Below are positions 35,054-47,910 of a DNA stretch of 64,000 nt, piece after piece. The translations under genes and the position numbers were made by a program. Under the pieces are notes generated by a model, which was not told the origin of the DNA, made no database searches, and worked only from the letters and a program-made list of their open reading frames with translations. Position 1 is the stretch's first letter. Each line of letters begins with the position of its first letter. This DNA is from Carcharhinus amblyrhynchos (lineage: Eukaryota). The stretch spans positions 41,292,001 to 41,356,000 of the forward strand of contig OZ336885.1 in the NCBI GenBank assembly GCA_965287045.1, read 5' to 3'.

Positions 35054-35638
35054 ACATAAGAACATAAGAAATAGGAGCAGGAGTAGGCCATCCAGCCCTT
35101 CGAGCCTGCCCCGCCATTCAATAAGATCATGGCTGATCTGTTGCTGCTCAGTTCCACTTTCCCGCCCTCTCTCCATAACCCTTAATCCCCTCTCCTATCA
35201 AAAACCCATCAACCCGCGTCTTAAAAATATTTAGCGAGGCAGCCTCCACCACTTCAACGGGCAGAGAATTCCAGAGATTCACCACCCTTTGAGTGAAGAA
35301 GTTCCTCCTCAACTCTGTTCTAAACCGCCCCCCTTTTATCTTGAGGCTGTGCCCCCTAGTCCTATTGTCTTTTTTGAGCGGGAAGAGTCTTTCCACCTCT
35401 ATCCTATCCATCCCATTCATCATCTTATACGTCTCAATGAGATCTCCTCTCATTCTTCTAAACGCTAACGAGTACAAGCCCAGTTTATTCAGCCTCTCCT
35501 CATAGCTCAACCCCTTCAACTCCGGTATCAGCCTAGTAAACCTCCTCTGCACTCCCTCCAAGGCCAAAATATCTTTGCGCAGGTGCGGCGCCCAAAAATG
35601 CACACAGTACTCCAGCTGCGGCCTCACCAATGCCCTAT
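35054..35638 (-). mobile_element. Young CR1 (family A) 3' fragment
   Basis: ORF 35148-35663 is nearly identical to the C-terminus of the 10554 ORF; (CATAAGAA)n tail. Confidence 0.95.
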
Positions 35639-35647
35639 TTCGCATTT

Positions 35648-35878
35648 GCAGAATATCATCCAAATGGCATTCACTGCTCGAAGGTGTTCAGAGATACTTT
35701 GGAACCGATTGTGGATTTCCTCCATTTTGCTGAACTCATCGAGATAAGCACTTTACCACTTTCTCATTTCTTTGAGACACACACTTTGGCAGAACATCAG
35801 CCAAATGGCATTCACTGGTCCAAGGTATTCAGCGAAACTTTGGAACCGATTGCGGATTTCTTCCAACTTTCTGAACTC
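35648..35878. repeat. Direct repeat: two 90-bp copies at 141-bp period (35648-35737, 35789-35878)
   Basis: Ungapped alignment with 12 mismatches. Confidence 0.95.
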
Positions 35879-36559
35879 CAAGGTTTGCTTGTTACAATTA
35901 TGTGAAGACCGTGTCCAAATGAGTGCATGAGAACTCAGTGTCCAAGCAATGTCCCTGTGTTATTTGGAATGCATGTATTATAGAAGTCAGACTTACCTTG
36001 GAGGTGAAATCATAGATTGGGGACTCCAAATCCAGACAGACCCTGGAATTTCCACATATGCCCAAACTGGAAGGAGGTTGCACATACAAAATTCAGCAGT
36101 ATAAGGGCCAAAGATATGTTTAGAGCTTCGACACAGAGATGGAAAAATGCAAAATCTGGGTCATATGACTGGGAACAGAGGACCGTTGATGACAAGTTTC
36201 ATGGGAGAAGGGACAGGGAAAGTCCCAAAGGGAGAGGGGGTAGGGCAAGGTTCCAAAGTCAGAGAAAAGGGAGAGGTTGAAAACAAAACACCCCAGAAAA
36301 GGGACAGAAACAAGAAAAGGTCCCAGTTCTGTTAAAAAAAAAGGAATAGAGAAAGATGATCCAATTAGAGAAAGGGCTTTCAGTGACAGACTTTAAATGA
36401 AAAGGGCTCAGAAGAAGCTCTGAAGATCCCAGACAGCAGTGGAGTTGGTGGTGGGAGAAGACCAGCTTACTTGGCACAGTGATCTATGTGGAAGGGAAGG
36501 GGAAATGATCGAGGCTGGCCATGGTGGGGGAGTCAGGCTGGCCACTGGGGTGTGTGTGT

Positions 36560-36835
36560 CAGAGCAATCAATCAGGAGGAGGGTATCGGGCCCAGTGATT
36601 GGTGGGAGGAGGGGGAGGAGTTGCCGGAGGTGACGGGATAGGAACTAGTGACCAGGGTGCGGGATGGGGAAGCCATCGGGAAGCCATATGCAGTGGCCTG
36701 CTCCATGGACTGATGCTGGTCTCTTGGGTGAGGCTAGGCCAAACTCTCCCTCACTACCAGCATGAATCCCCAGCACACTCTGTGAATCATAGAGTGCCAG
36801 AAATTCAACCAACTAAGTTTGCCCAAAAAATTGGT
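36560..36835. mobile_element. Harbinger-type non-autonomous fragment; a second copy at ~37650-38000 plus 40190-40370 is split by CR1
   Basis: ACCAGCATGAATCCCCAGCACACTCTGTGAA occurs at ~36756 and ~40290. Confidence 0.55.
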
Positions 36836-36839
36836 GGGG

Positions 36840-37640
36840 GCAGGGGAATGTATTGGCCTGAAATTGTAGGACAAATTGGGGAAAGAGTGATGGCGTGTAC
36901 AATGTGCCAAAAGTACAGTGTATCAAAGCAAGGAGAATCACTCCAACTGCATCGTGTTCCAGAAAGGCCCTGACAGGAAACTGGAGTGGTCGTGTTCACA
37001 TTTGACAGCAGTGAGTACCTGCTAGCAATAGGTTCTTAGCTCAAAGTACTTTGTGTCAGTGCTGCTGAGAAGTGATAGTTAGAACATCGCTGTAATAAAT
37101 CATTTGAAATCAATTTTTGCTCACCATGGCATTCCTGAAGTATTCATCTCAGACAACGGTCCACAGTTCTCAGGTATTGATTTTCACAAACTTGTACCAG
37201 ACTGTGAGTTTCACCACACTAGTCAACTGCCAAATATTCACAATCCAATAGAATGATGGAACGCAGACCTTAAAACACCTGCTGTAGAAGGTGAGGGCGG
37301 ATGGCACTGATTCTGATCGAGCCATGCTGGATTTCAGAAATATTGCATTAGGAGGCATTGAATTATCTCCAGCCAAGCTCCCTTTGGGAAGAAGACTAAG
37401 AACTAAGCTTCCAACTGCGCCTCAACTGCTATTTCCAAGGTCAATGGGCTGTAGCATGCATGAGCTGCTCAAATTGAGACAGCAGAAGCAGGAACGGTAC
37501 TTGGATGGAGGAGCCCAACCTCTGTCTGAATTGAACGTGGGAGAAAAAGTAAGAATTCATCAGAAAGGGATCACAGGTATCTCAAGAGAACCAAGGACCT
37601 AGATAGTGCACACTCCAAACAGATAACAGAAACCGGAAAA
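36840..37640 (+). pseudogene. Gypsy integrase relic (Zn finger, rve core, C-terminal region)
   Basis: MYWPEIVGQIGERVMACTMCQKY...HRVPERP*Q; LKSIFAHHGIPEVFISDNGPQF; SPAKLPLGRRLRTKLP; PLSELNVGEKVRI. Confidence 0.9.
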
Positions 37641-38000
37641 ACAGGGAATTCCTATGGTTCTGCTCTGGGATCCTGGCACTGCTCACTGCGCACCCTGGCA
37701 TTGAACAATGGGCACCAGGCAGTGCCAAAGAGTCAGGACCTGAGGGGTGGGGCCTTCTGGGGGCAGGGCAAGACCAGGGGTGGGCCAATTGGTTGTGGTG
37801 AAGGGATGAACCCCTGTACACTCTGTACATCAATCAGTGGGGAAGATAGGGGGAATGATCTGGGCTGGCCATGGCGGGATATTCAGGCTGGCCATTGCGG
37901 GGAGCTGTGTGTTGGGGCCAGCATTCAGGATGGAGGGAGTCAGGGCCGGCGAATGGTGTTGGTGGAGGTTGGAGCCAGCGAATGGGGTGTGGGTTGGTGA

Positions 38001-40186
38001 ACATAAGAACATAAGAACATAAGAAATAGGAGCAAGAGTAGGCCATCTAGCCCTTCAAGCCTGCCCCGCCATTCAATAAGATCATGGCTGATCTGAAGTG
38101 GCTCAGTTCCACATTCCTGCTTTCTCCCCATAAACCTTAATCCCCTTGCCTACCACAAACCTATCTACCCGCGTCTTAAATATATTTAGCAAGGTAGCCT
38201 CCACCACTTCAACGGGCAGAGAATTCCAGAGATTCACCACCCTTTGAGTGAAGAAGTTCCTCCTCAACTTTGTTCTAAACTGCCCCCCCCTTCTCTTGAG
38301 GCTGTGCCCTCTAGTCCTACTGTCCTTTCTGAGTGGGAAGAACCTCTCCACCTCTACCCTATCCATCCCATTCATCATCTTATACGTCTCAATGAGATCC
38401 CCCCTCATCCTTCTCAACTCTAACGAGTACAAGCCCAATCTATTCAGCCTCTCCTCATAGCTCAACCCCCTCAACTCCGGAATCAGCCTAGTGAACCTCC
38501 TCTGCACTCCCTCCAAGGCCAAAATATCCTTGCGCAAGTGCGGCGACCAAAACTGCACACAGTACTCCAGCTGTAGCCTCACCAGTGCCCTGTACAGTTG
38601 CAGCAAGACCTCCCTACTTATGTATTCAATCCCCCTGGCTATGAAGGCCAGCATCCCATTTGCCTTCCTGACCACCTGCTGCACCTGTAGGCTGCGTTTT
38701 TGCGACTCATGCACAAGGACCCCCAGGTCCCTCTGCACCGTAGCATGCTGCAGCTTTTCACCATGTAAGTAGTAGTCCTTCCTACTATTATTCCTACCAA
38801 AGCGGATAACCTCACACTTGCCAGCATTGTATTCCATCTGCCAGGTCCTCACCCACTCGCTTAGCCTATCTAGATCCCTCTGCAGACTTTCCACACCCTC
38901 TGCACAATTTGCTGTACCGTTTATCTTTGTGTCATCGGCAAATTTCGACTCCTTACACTCGGCTCCCTCCTCCAGATCATCTATATAAATGGTAAATAGC
39001 TGAGGCCCCAACACCAATCCCTGGGGCACTCCACTAGTCACCAACTGCCAATCCAAATAGCACCCATTGACACCCACTCTCTGCCTCCTATTTGACAGCC
39101 AATCCCCTATCCACGCTAACACCTTACCCCCAACTCCATGTCCCCTAACCTTCTGTAATAACCTTTTGTGCGGCACCTTATCAAACACCTTCTGAAAATC
39201 GAGAAACACTACATCCACCCGTTCCCCTCTATCCACCGCACTAGACACATCCTCATAGAATTCCAATAAATTCATCAGAATGACTTCCCCTTAATGAATC
39301 CATGCTGCGTCTGCTCTATTAAACAATTCTTCTCAAGATGCCTCGCTATTTCCTCTTTGATGATGGATTCAAGCATTTTTCCTACAACAGACGTTAAACT
39401 AACCGGCCTGTAATTCCCTGCCTTTTGCCTGCGACCCTTTTTAAACAGCGGCGTAACAATCTTCCGGCACTTCCCCGGAATCCAGCGAGGTTTGGAAAAT
39501 AATCACCAAGGCATCTACTATCACCTCCGCCATTTCCTTCAGAACCCTTGGATGCATTCCATCCGGTCCTGGGGACTTGTCCACCATCAGTCCCTCTAGT
39601 CTGTCGAGCACTGCCTCTCTAGCAACAATGATCTCATTCAGGCCCTCCACTCCTACCATCTTTCCATCGTTAACAACCGGCAAACTATTCGCGTCCTCCT
39701 CCGTGAAGACCGAAGCAAAAAAGTTATTCAAGGCCTCAGCCATTTCCTCATCCCCCACCACTAAGTCCCTCCTCTCATCTTCTAAGGGTCCAACATTCAC
39801 CCTAGCCAGCCTCCTCCTTTTTATATATTTATAAAAACTATTGCTATCCTTTTTTATATTTAGCGCTGGCCTAGACTCATAGTCTATCCTTCCTTTATCA
39901 ACTTCTTCATAATTCTTGTTGATATTTAAACCTCTCCCAATCCTCTTCTCGCCCACTACTTTTAGCCACTCTAAACTCATCAGCTTTTAATTTAATACCC
40001 TCCTTTATCTCCTTCGTTATCCACGGCTGATTATCTCTTCTCCTACGATCCTTCTTTACCATCGGAATAAATTTCTGTTGAGCACCAAGAAAGATCTCCT
40101 TAAAGATCCTCCACTGTTCCTCAGCAGACCTACCGACCAATCTGCACCCCCAATCTACATTCGCCAATTCCTCTCTCATCCTATCA
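38001..40186 (-). mobile_element. Young CR1 (family A), ~2.2 kb, 5'-truncated and frameshifted
   Basis: Three consecutive ORFs (39907-40179, 39441-39980, 38103-39275) with PWIT, KSPGPDG and FADD; (CATAAGAA)3 tail. Confidence 0.95.
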
Positions 40187-40689
40187 TGAAGCCATCAGGA
40201 GGCCATGTACAGAGGCTTCTCAGCACGCTGATGCCAATCTTTTGAGTGGGACTGGACCCCGCTGCCCCCCCCACCCCCCACCACCACTTACCAGCATGAA
40301 TCCCCAGCACACTCTGTGAAGCAGACAGTGTATCTAAGGATTAAGAATCAGAATTCACCAGTGAGGTAATAGATAACCCCAAGAATCCTGAAATATATCT
40401 AATTATTCTGAAAATGGCACAGACTTGAAGAAGGCTTCTTGTCCTTCCAAATCACCTCTGTTGTTATTCAGAATTTGCAGTGGAGGAATTGTGAAAAAAA
40501 ACAGAGATACAGCGATGAGTAGAAGGCAAAACCAACTGATCAAGACAGAATGTGAAAGGATGGATAAGAGTCTTTGTATACTTGAGTAAGCTATGCTCAG
40601 AACACATTGTGTTCTAAAAGCAATTAGCCTGAAGTGTTCTTTTCTTGTCATGATAATAGGTGATTGTGGTTGTGGACACTAGAATTAGA

Positions 40690-41230
40690 TGTTAGACCGT
40701 GCATGGGGTCACCTGGCCTCAGGTCAGATAGGACATGTTACAGAAGGTTTCAGATGAGTTGTAGATGTGTGTTCATGTTAGGAAAATGTATTATCAATTA
40801 AGTTAGTTCAATGGCAATGACGTCGGTCTGTGTGCATCATAAAAATAAGACAGGAATCCCTCCTGAGAGATTGGGGTTGGCTCAAAGTATTTATTGACAC
40901 CTGGGTGAGTTGCTGAGAAATCCATGGACTCACTTAGTTGCTTTTTGACATGTATTGTGCTGAGTGATGTGTTCAACTATAGTTTGCCTGTTCATTCATA
41001 TGTACTTCATATTAACCTTGAATGTCAGAATATAGGAAAGCTACTGTAAATTGTTTTATCTCTCTGACCTTGCACAGTGATTTTTTTTTATTTTTGTGTG
41101 TTCAAAACCTGTGGAATATATTCTCTTAGCAAGTTTCTTAAAACTTCGTCCACTTTAACCAAAACTCTATTGATCCCTAACCGAATCTTACCAAAAACCC
41201 AGGTGGTCTGCTCAAGGAATATAAGACATG
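40690..41230. mobile_element. Probable LTR relic(s)
   Basis: TGTTAG start, CATAAAA TATA-like motif, LTR-like layout; no ORF. Confidence 0.3.
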
Positions 41231-41934
41231 ACAAAACTGTTTTGTGAATTCATCAAATACAGTGCACATTAAACAGAAGCCAGCTGACTATGGACTTTGA
41301 TTTTGAAGCAGTAATATTATTATTTTCCTGCACGGATGAAGAGATAGTGTTAGTTCTGGGAGAGGGAGGGATGTTTCCATTGAAGGATAAAAGCCTCTAA
41401 AACTGATCAAAACAGGTACCTGGGTTTTTAGGGTGTGTTTTCTGAACCTGCACTGATAAGCCTTCAGTGCTTAATGATATACAATAGACATCAGTGAGCT
41501 GGCAAGCCTAATAGATGAACTCAGCTGAATGCTGGTGAAGCAGACTCAATGATTGTGATGCTACAAATACTCAATTAAGTCTATAAAGACCAAGAAGGTT
41601 GGTGGTGGGTAGTAAGGTGTTGGCTTGGTGAGGTGGGGTGTTATGTGGGGTGTAGGTGGATGAGTGAGATGTTATTGGGAAAGGAAGCCAACTAGAAACA
41701 AGAGTTTCTGGGAGGTAGGGCAGCGATGGTCAGTAGAAAGAGTAATGATAGCTAGGACAGAAAGAAGGGAAAGCGGCCAGTGATGATCGAGAGTGTTGTG
41801 GTCGGAATGTCACGCAGGGGATGAGTTTGCAGTTTGGAGAGGGGGTCAGAGGAAAGTGAGAAAGCCAGCTGAGGGCATGCGCCTTGAATATAGAAGTGGG
41901 AAAAGACCTCATTTTTCATTGGTTCCATGTTCAA

Positions 41935-42830
41935 GTTAGTGGGTGAAACCTTACCAGAAAATGGCAGTGTGTGTTTCCAGTGAGAAAACTGATGTGCTTT
42001 CCTCCAGAAAAACTGTCATATGGAAGGGGAGTTGAGGGGGTTGGGGGGGAGAGGGTGCAGTGGCTAGGGTGGGGTGGGGGCAGGTCTCTACACGCCAACA
42101 CTACCCTGTTGTTCATAGATCATCAAAGGGCACCCAATCAGAGCCTGAGTAAAACTCCCCCGCTGACCACTACGGTCTCAAGGACCCTGCTCCCCACCCC
42201 CAATCAGAGTCAGCACTTCGCCCAACCCCCTGTCCCCCTCCCCACTGCCCCAATCATCATTGACACCTTCCTACCTTCTCCTCCATCCCCATCCACTCAC
42301 TTCTAACCCCCAGCATCCACCTCCACTGCCAATCATCCCACACAACAGCCATCGCCTGTATCCCTTACACATCTGTCCCCTCCTGGCCACCATGACATCT
42401 AAATGAATCCTCCACCCCCAGGGCATGCTCCCAACATGCAAATGCCAACCTGTGCCAAGTGGCAGTGCCAGGGGACATTGCTCGGCCACTGCCTGGGAAT
42501 GTCCCTCTGCCTCCCATGCTCAACTTTATAACCCCAGCGAGATCCCTGCAACAGGTTCACTTTGAAGTGAACCTGTTGTAAATGGTGTTGGTGTGGCGGC
42601 CCGTTGACACCCATTGAATATCCAGTGAGGAGGGAAATCACAGGGAGAATATCACTAATGACAAGCTAATGTATTAAATATACTTTCTTCAGTCCCACTG
42701 TTTGTTTTTCACCACTTCATCAACGAGAGGCCGGTAAGATCGAAACTTGGAAACTCACCTGTGGAATAACACTCTCTGCATGTTGAGCACATTCCCGTAG
42801 ACAGAAAGTGCAGGTTCAAAATCACCCCCT
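41935..42830. mobile_element. Non-autonomous Harbinger-type element
   Basis: Ends GGGTGAAAC / AAAATCACCCCC; GC-rich TGGCAGTGCCA body. Confidence 0.5.
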
Positions 42831-43561
42831 GTATGTTTCAAACACTTACTTTGTTGTTATGCTTTGCTGGTTTAAAGTCCACATTCTGCCTGTGGCCCTG
42901 GCTTTTGTATGCAATCTACCTGGAGAAGCCAATTTTGCTTCCAAGGAGAATTAGGAAAGAATTGAGACTCTCCAGTTCTGTTTATAAATCAAACGCAAGA
43001 AATCTGTAACATTACATATTCATCTACCCAAAAGTGAATCTTTGCTGGGAGAAGGTTCCTCATTGACAAACCAAGGTTGATTTTATTTATGAAGGTAAAG
43101 ATTAAGGCAGATTATAAGTGTAAAATGCTATATGTAACTCAGTGATAATAACAAATCCTAATCAGTATGTTTAGCATGTCATTTCAAAGGTATCAATGAA
43201 AATATTGAAAAACCAATAAATCTAGAGTGAAAACCAGGTTAAATATAGGAAAACATCAATTACTGTTGTGTTCAATGGAGTGAGGTGGATGATACTTCTG
43301 TTTTTAGTCAGTGTGCTAGCAGATGTTTCAGGAAATTTCAGCAAAATTAAAAGCTTAAGGCATTCATATCATCATTTTCTTTTTCTTTTGTATCCACCTG
43401 CATAGACGTCCTATTATAATGGGGCAGTGTCCTGGAAAATATTATGAAGCAATAATAACTGAGACTTCATTACAGCATTGGCACACTAATTTATTATGCC
43501 ATGGAGTGATCATTAGTGAGTCAGTAAGTACAATTCCCCAAGGTATGTATGGGATGAGATT

Positions 43562-43802
43562 GTAAAAAGTCTGACAACACCAGGTTTTAGTCCAACCTAT
43601 TTATTTGATAATATTCTCACTAGCTTTCGAGGGGACAGCCTCTTCGTCAGGTGAATGGAGAGTTCTGGCCTCAGACAGAGCATATAAAGCACAGACAGTT
43701 TAGAGATTACTGATAGGTAATAGGTAATAGGTTGGACTAAAACCTGGTGTTGTCAGACTTTTTACTGTGTTTACGCCAGTCCAACGCCGGCATACCCACA
43801 TC
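43562..43802. mobile_element. Penelope-derived mini-insertion with a perfect 40-bp inverted repeat and a 13-bp TSD
   Basis: 43562-43601 is the reverse complement of 43726-43765; ATGGGATGAGATT at 43549-43561 and 43803-43815. Confidence 0.9.
43617..43654 (-). ncRNA. Minimal type-I hammerhead ribozyme motif
   Basis: Minus strand UCAC-CUGACGA-A-GAGG-CUGUCC-CCUC-GAAA-GC-UA-GUGA. Confidence 0.65.
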
Positions 43803-43897
43803 ATGGGATGAGATTATCAGGTATTCTAAGGGTCAATCAGTTTTGAAACATTTCCTGTTTACCATTTCAACACTTTATAGATTATCCTGTTTATTAA

Positions 43898-44237
43898 CAT
43901 ATAAGATGATTAGAGGTTTAGACAGGGTGGATAGTGATAGCCTTTTTCCTAGGATGGAGAAAGCTAGCACGAGGGGGCACGGCTGTAAATTAAGGGGGGG
44001 TAGTTATAGGACTGATGTCAGGGGTAGGTTCTTTACCCAGAGGGTGGTGAGGGACTGGAATGCCCTGCCAGCTGCAGTTGTAAATGCGCCTAGTTTGGGG
44101 GCGTTTAAGAGATCTGTGGATAGGTTTATGGACGAAATGGGATTGGTTTAGATTAGTGGGTGAGTGTTGTTTTTTTTTAAAAGCTGGTCGGCGCAACATC
44201 GTGGGCCGAAGGGCCTGTTCTGCGCTGTAATGTTCTA
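43898..44237 (+). mobile_element. CR1 3' fragment (distinct young subfamily)
   Basis: YKMIRGLDRVD...GRFFTQRVVRDWNALP; (TTCTATG)n tail. Confidence 0.9.
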
Positions 44238-44349
44238 TGTTCTATGTTCTATTCTATTCTCTTGTCCATGTGTTTATTCATACCCCTACGTCCTTTGCCT
44301 CCTGAAATGCAGTTTTTCTGTAATATCTTCCTACTCTTATCACGTGATA

Positions 44350-44632
44350 CATAGAATCATAGAATCCTACAATGCAGAAGGAGGCTATACAGCCCATTGA
44401 GTCTGCAGCAACCACAATCCCACACAGGCCCTATCCCCATAACCCCGTGCATTGACCCTAGCAAGTCCCCCTGACACTAAGGGGCAATTTAGCATGGCCA
44501 ATCCATCTAACCCGCACATCTTTGAATTGTGGGAGGAAACCCATGCAAACATGGGGAGTGTCCACACAGGCAGTCACCCAAATCCGGAATTGAACCCGGG
44601 CGCTGTGAGGCAACAGTCATAACAACTGTGCC
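44350..44632 (-). mobile_element. HE1-like SINE
   Basis: CATAGAATCATAGAATCC tail; GGAATTGAACC B box in antisense. Confidence 0.9.
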
Positions 44633-44827
44633 AAGATTCTGCTCTTTCCATAAATGCTGTCTTACTTGTTGAATGTGTCTGAGATTTTTTTTAATCTGAA
44701 TGTTACTGAAAAAGAAACATACTGATCAGCCCTCTCTTCTCACACCAGATAATTTCTTTTTTCCTTTTAGAATTGGTACTCTTGCGTATCTGTCCTGATA
44801 AGTGCAGGACAGAAAGGTTTGGCAGCA

Positions 44828-44974
44828 TGGGCGGAATTTTCCTGTCCTATCCACCAAGGAAATTGTAGTGAGGAGTTGGGGGGCGGTGGGGGATGCTGCG
44901 GACCATGTAAATGTACGTTGACCCCGGGCAGGATTTTCTGATCATGGGGCAAGTGCAGCTGGAAAATGCTGGCC
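44828..44974. mobile_element. Harbinger-type MITE (related copies at ~46155-46290 and ~46830-47010)
   Basis: TIRs GGGCGGAATTTTCC / GGAAAATGCTGGCC. Confidence 0.65.
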
Positions 44975-45179
44975 ATGTCCCTTTTTATCAGCAATGCTCA
45001 AGTTTATTGCTGGGGTAGAGGGGAATGTTTGTATGGAGGATAAATGGCCAGAGTTCAAAATCGAGAAGTAAGGATGTTTGGAACAAAATTGCACTGTGCG
45101 ATATTGATAACAAACATATTAATTCATAATTATGATAATTGATTATGCATTTTTTTCAACTGAAAGTACTAATCCAGCC

Positions 45180-45812
45180 TGAATCCTAAGAAAGCTGGAA
45201 TGCAAAAGGGTTAAGTTATATTACAGTTATGTAAGGCACTCAATATCCCCTGTTTGATCTGTTCAGTTCTCACTTCAGGAAGGAGACTTTGCCTCAGGAA
45301 TGTCCAACTCAAATTCACTAGAATTCAAAGTAGGACTAAAGGAATGAAATTAAGAGGCTGCTTAGACTAGGCTTGCATTCTTATTGCATATGACTGATTA
45401 ATGGGTGATCCAGTTGAGATTTCCAAGATGTTTAAAGGAATTGATTGTGTGGAAGCTCTTCCCTCTGGAAGGAAATTCGAGGAGGCATTACTCGAGACAG
45501 GGTTTTTTTTTAAGATTGTTTATTAGTGTCACAGTAGGTTTACATTAACACAGCAATTAAGTGAAAATGCAGAGGTGATGTCAGAATCCACTTTTTCACA
45601 AATAGGCTAGTGGTTATCTGGATCTCTCTTTAACAAGCCATTTAACCGAGGTCAATTGAACAGTTCAAAACTGAGATTGGTACTCTTTTAGGCAAGAGTA
45701 GTAATGGTTATGAAGCCAAAGCAGGTAAAGGGAGCTAAGATACAGATCATGTTCTAGCCGAATGGTGGAATAGGCTCAAGGGGATGAATGACCTACCCCT
45801 GTTTCTATGTTC
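45180..45812 (+). mobile_element. Highly degenerate CR1 3' fragment
   Basis: Decayed LQLCKAL, FFTNRLV and the 3' UTR GAATGGTGGAATAGGCTCAAGGG..CCTGTTTCTATGTTC. Confidence 0.65.
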
Positions 45813-47592
45813 CAAGTAGCTTGACACCTTATTTCAACTCATAAAGAGGATTAGAAATAAAAGTATGTATGGTGGAATTTCAATTTGTGCTTAAGCTTTA
45901 AAGAACTGGAGAATAATTAATGCAGAACATTTTGTATGTGGATTATAGCCAATAACTGTGCTGGACTTGATGGGTTAGGCTTACCTTCATTCCATTTTGA
46001 TGTGTTCTAATACTGAGTTTCCAGACTTAATCATGGATTTGTGGGATGAGTCACATTGGTTGTTTCTTATTGAAAGGATAACTTTGGGACATTTGTAGAT
46101 TCAAGGAGGCACTGGCGAAGATTAAAGGATGTATGGTCTCTAAAGACATAGATTGGGATTATCTGGCCGCACCCGAAAATTAATCCTGTTGTGGGCAGGA
46201 AATGGAAAATATGGACAGTAGTCAAAAGCCCATTGATTTTGGGCAGAAAATTTCTGGTTCCACCACTAATCCCACCCTTGGATGAAGAAGAAGAGAGAAA
46301 AATTAATTTCATAGGAAAAAAAGCCTTGTCTTGAAGTTAATTTAGTGTTGTAATATGAACAGTATTAACACAGTGGTTCATTGAATTGTTCCCTAACTCC
46401 ACTAAACAATTGTAAAATGCTCACAAATATTAAGAAAAATAACTTAAAAATTTTGTATTGAAGATATGGCCTTCTTGAAAAAATGCATTGGAACAATAAC
46501 TGCAAAATACTTTTTAAGTGAGAGCAAATTATTTTACCAAAGAATAGATTCTTCAGCAGTGTTTTTTTTTCAATTATTACACTTCCAACCCATTATTGCT
46601 TAATATATAAAGAAGTAGATTTCACTTTACTTTTTAGCACATTTTTCTAATGTTCTAATTTGTTTCACAAGGTCTCCATTTGTCTTTGACTTATAATGTC
46701 ACTTTTTTCGCTATGTATCTTTTTCACACTCCAGTACGCTTGATTCTAATTATCGTGTCACATGAGTTGGAGTAAAAATGCTCTCAGTTCCTCCAAGTGA
46801 GCAGTAGAAATAAGATAGATATAGAACAAGATTTTTCTCCCTCCCCATGGCGTGTCTGCGGTGCGTTGCTCACTGATGGCGGGATCTTATGATCCCACCA
46901 TTCTCAATGGAGTTCCCTGTTGAACGCAGCCCTCGCTGTTGGAAAACCCTCAGTAGGGGTGGGCCGTCAGTAACATCCCTCTAGAGTGGACAGCAGCAAG
47001 ATTCTGGCAGTAGAATTGCAGAAACAGGGAATGCGAATAAGGATAGACATATTTTATTGCAACACAAATGTCTTTTTTGGGGGGAAAAAATAGACCAGAT
47101 TGGAAAGGAGCCACATTGTTGTCACTCGAAGCAACTATTGTTGTTGGCTTTAGCTGCTTGGCAAACAGCAAGAACACAGAGCTCTACTGCACTGTGAAGG
47201 CAAACCTCCTCATAATGTCATTCAAGGCTACATATTTAATAGAGCACGCTACACAATAAAAATGACAGATACAGTACTGCCAACAAGATCCTTCAGCAAA
47301 CTGCATTGAAGTTAATGATTGGCTGAATTTCCAACAACAGAATGATCTGACTAAAGATTTATTTCCAAGAAAAATGAAGTTTATTTCCAATGCAAGCATT
47401 CTTTGCTTTTCAATATTTAAATAATGGGTAAATTGCATGCAATTAATTCTGGGAAATTGATTTATAACTTTTTTTTGTTATCTGTTTGGAAGGACATGAT
47501 TGTATATGTTCCAAATGTTTTCTCATCTACTGATTCTTTTTCAAAATCCCAATATGTACCATTGATTGGTGTAGGAAACAGAGGCCCGTCCA

Positions 47593-47910
47593 GGTGGCAT
47601 GGTGGCACAGTGGTTCGTACTGCTGCCTCACAGTGCCAGGGACCCAGTTTCAATTCTGGCTTTGGGTGACTGTCTGTTTGCACATTCTCCCTGTGCCTGC
47701 GTGGGTTCCCCCAGGTACTCCAGTTTCCTCCCACACTCCAAAGATGTGTAGGTTAGGTTGATTGGCAGTGGTAAATTGACCCGAGTGTTAAGGGGATTAG
47801 CGGGGTGAATATGTGGGGTTAAGGAAATAGGGCCTGGGTGGGATTGTGGTTGGTGCAGACATAATGGGTCAAATGGCCTCCTTCTGCACTGTTTGGGATT
47901 ATATGGATTC
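47593..47910 (+). mobile_element. HE1-like SINE
   Basis: GGTGGCACAGTGG, core, tail AAATGGCCTCCTTCTGCACTG. Confidence 0.9.

Noticed and set aside
45987-46139. Minus-strand segment with good splice sites
   Set aside because: All three frames contain stops and nothing else supports it; at most a non-coding exon.
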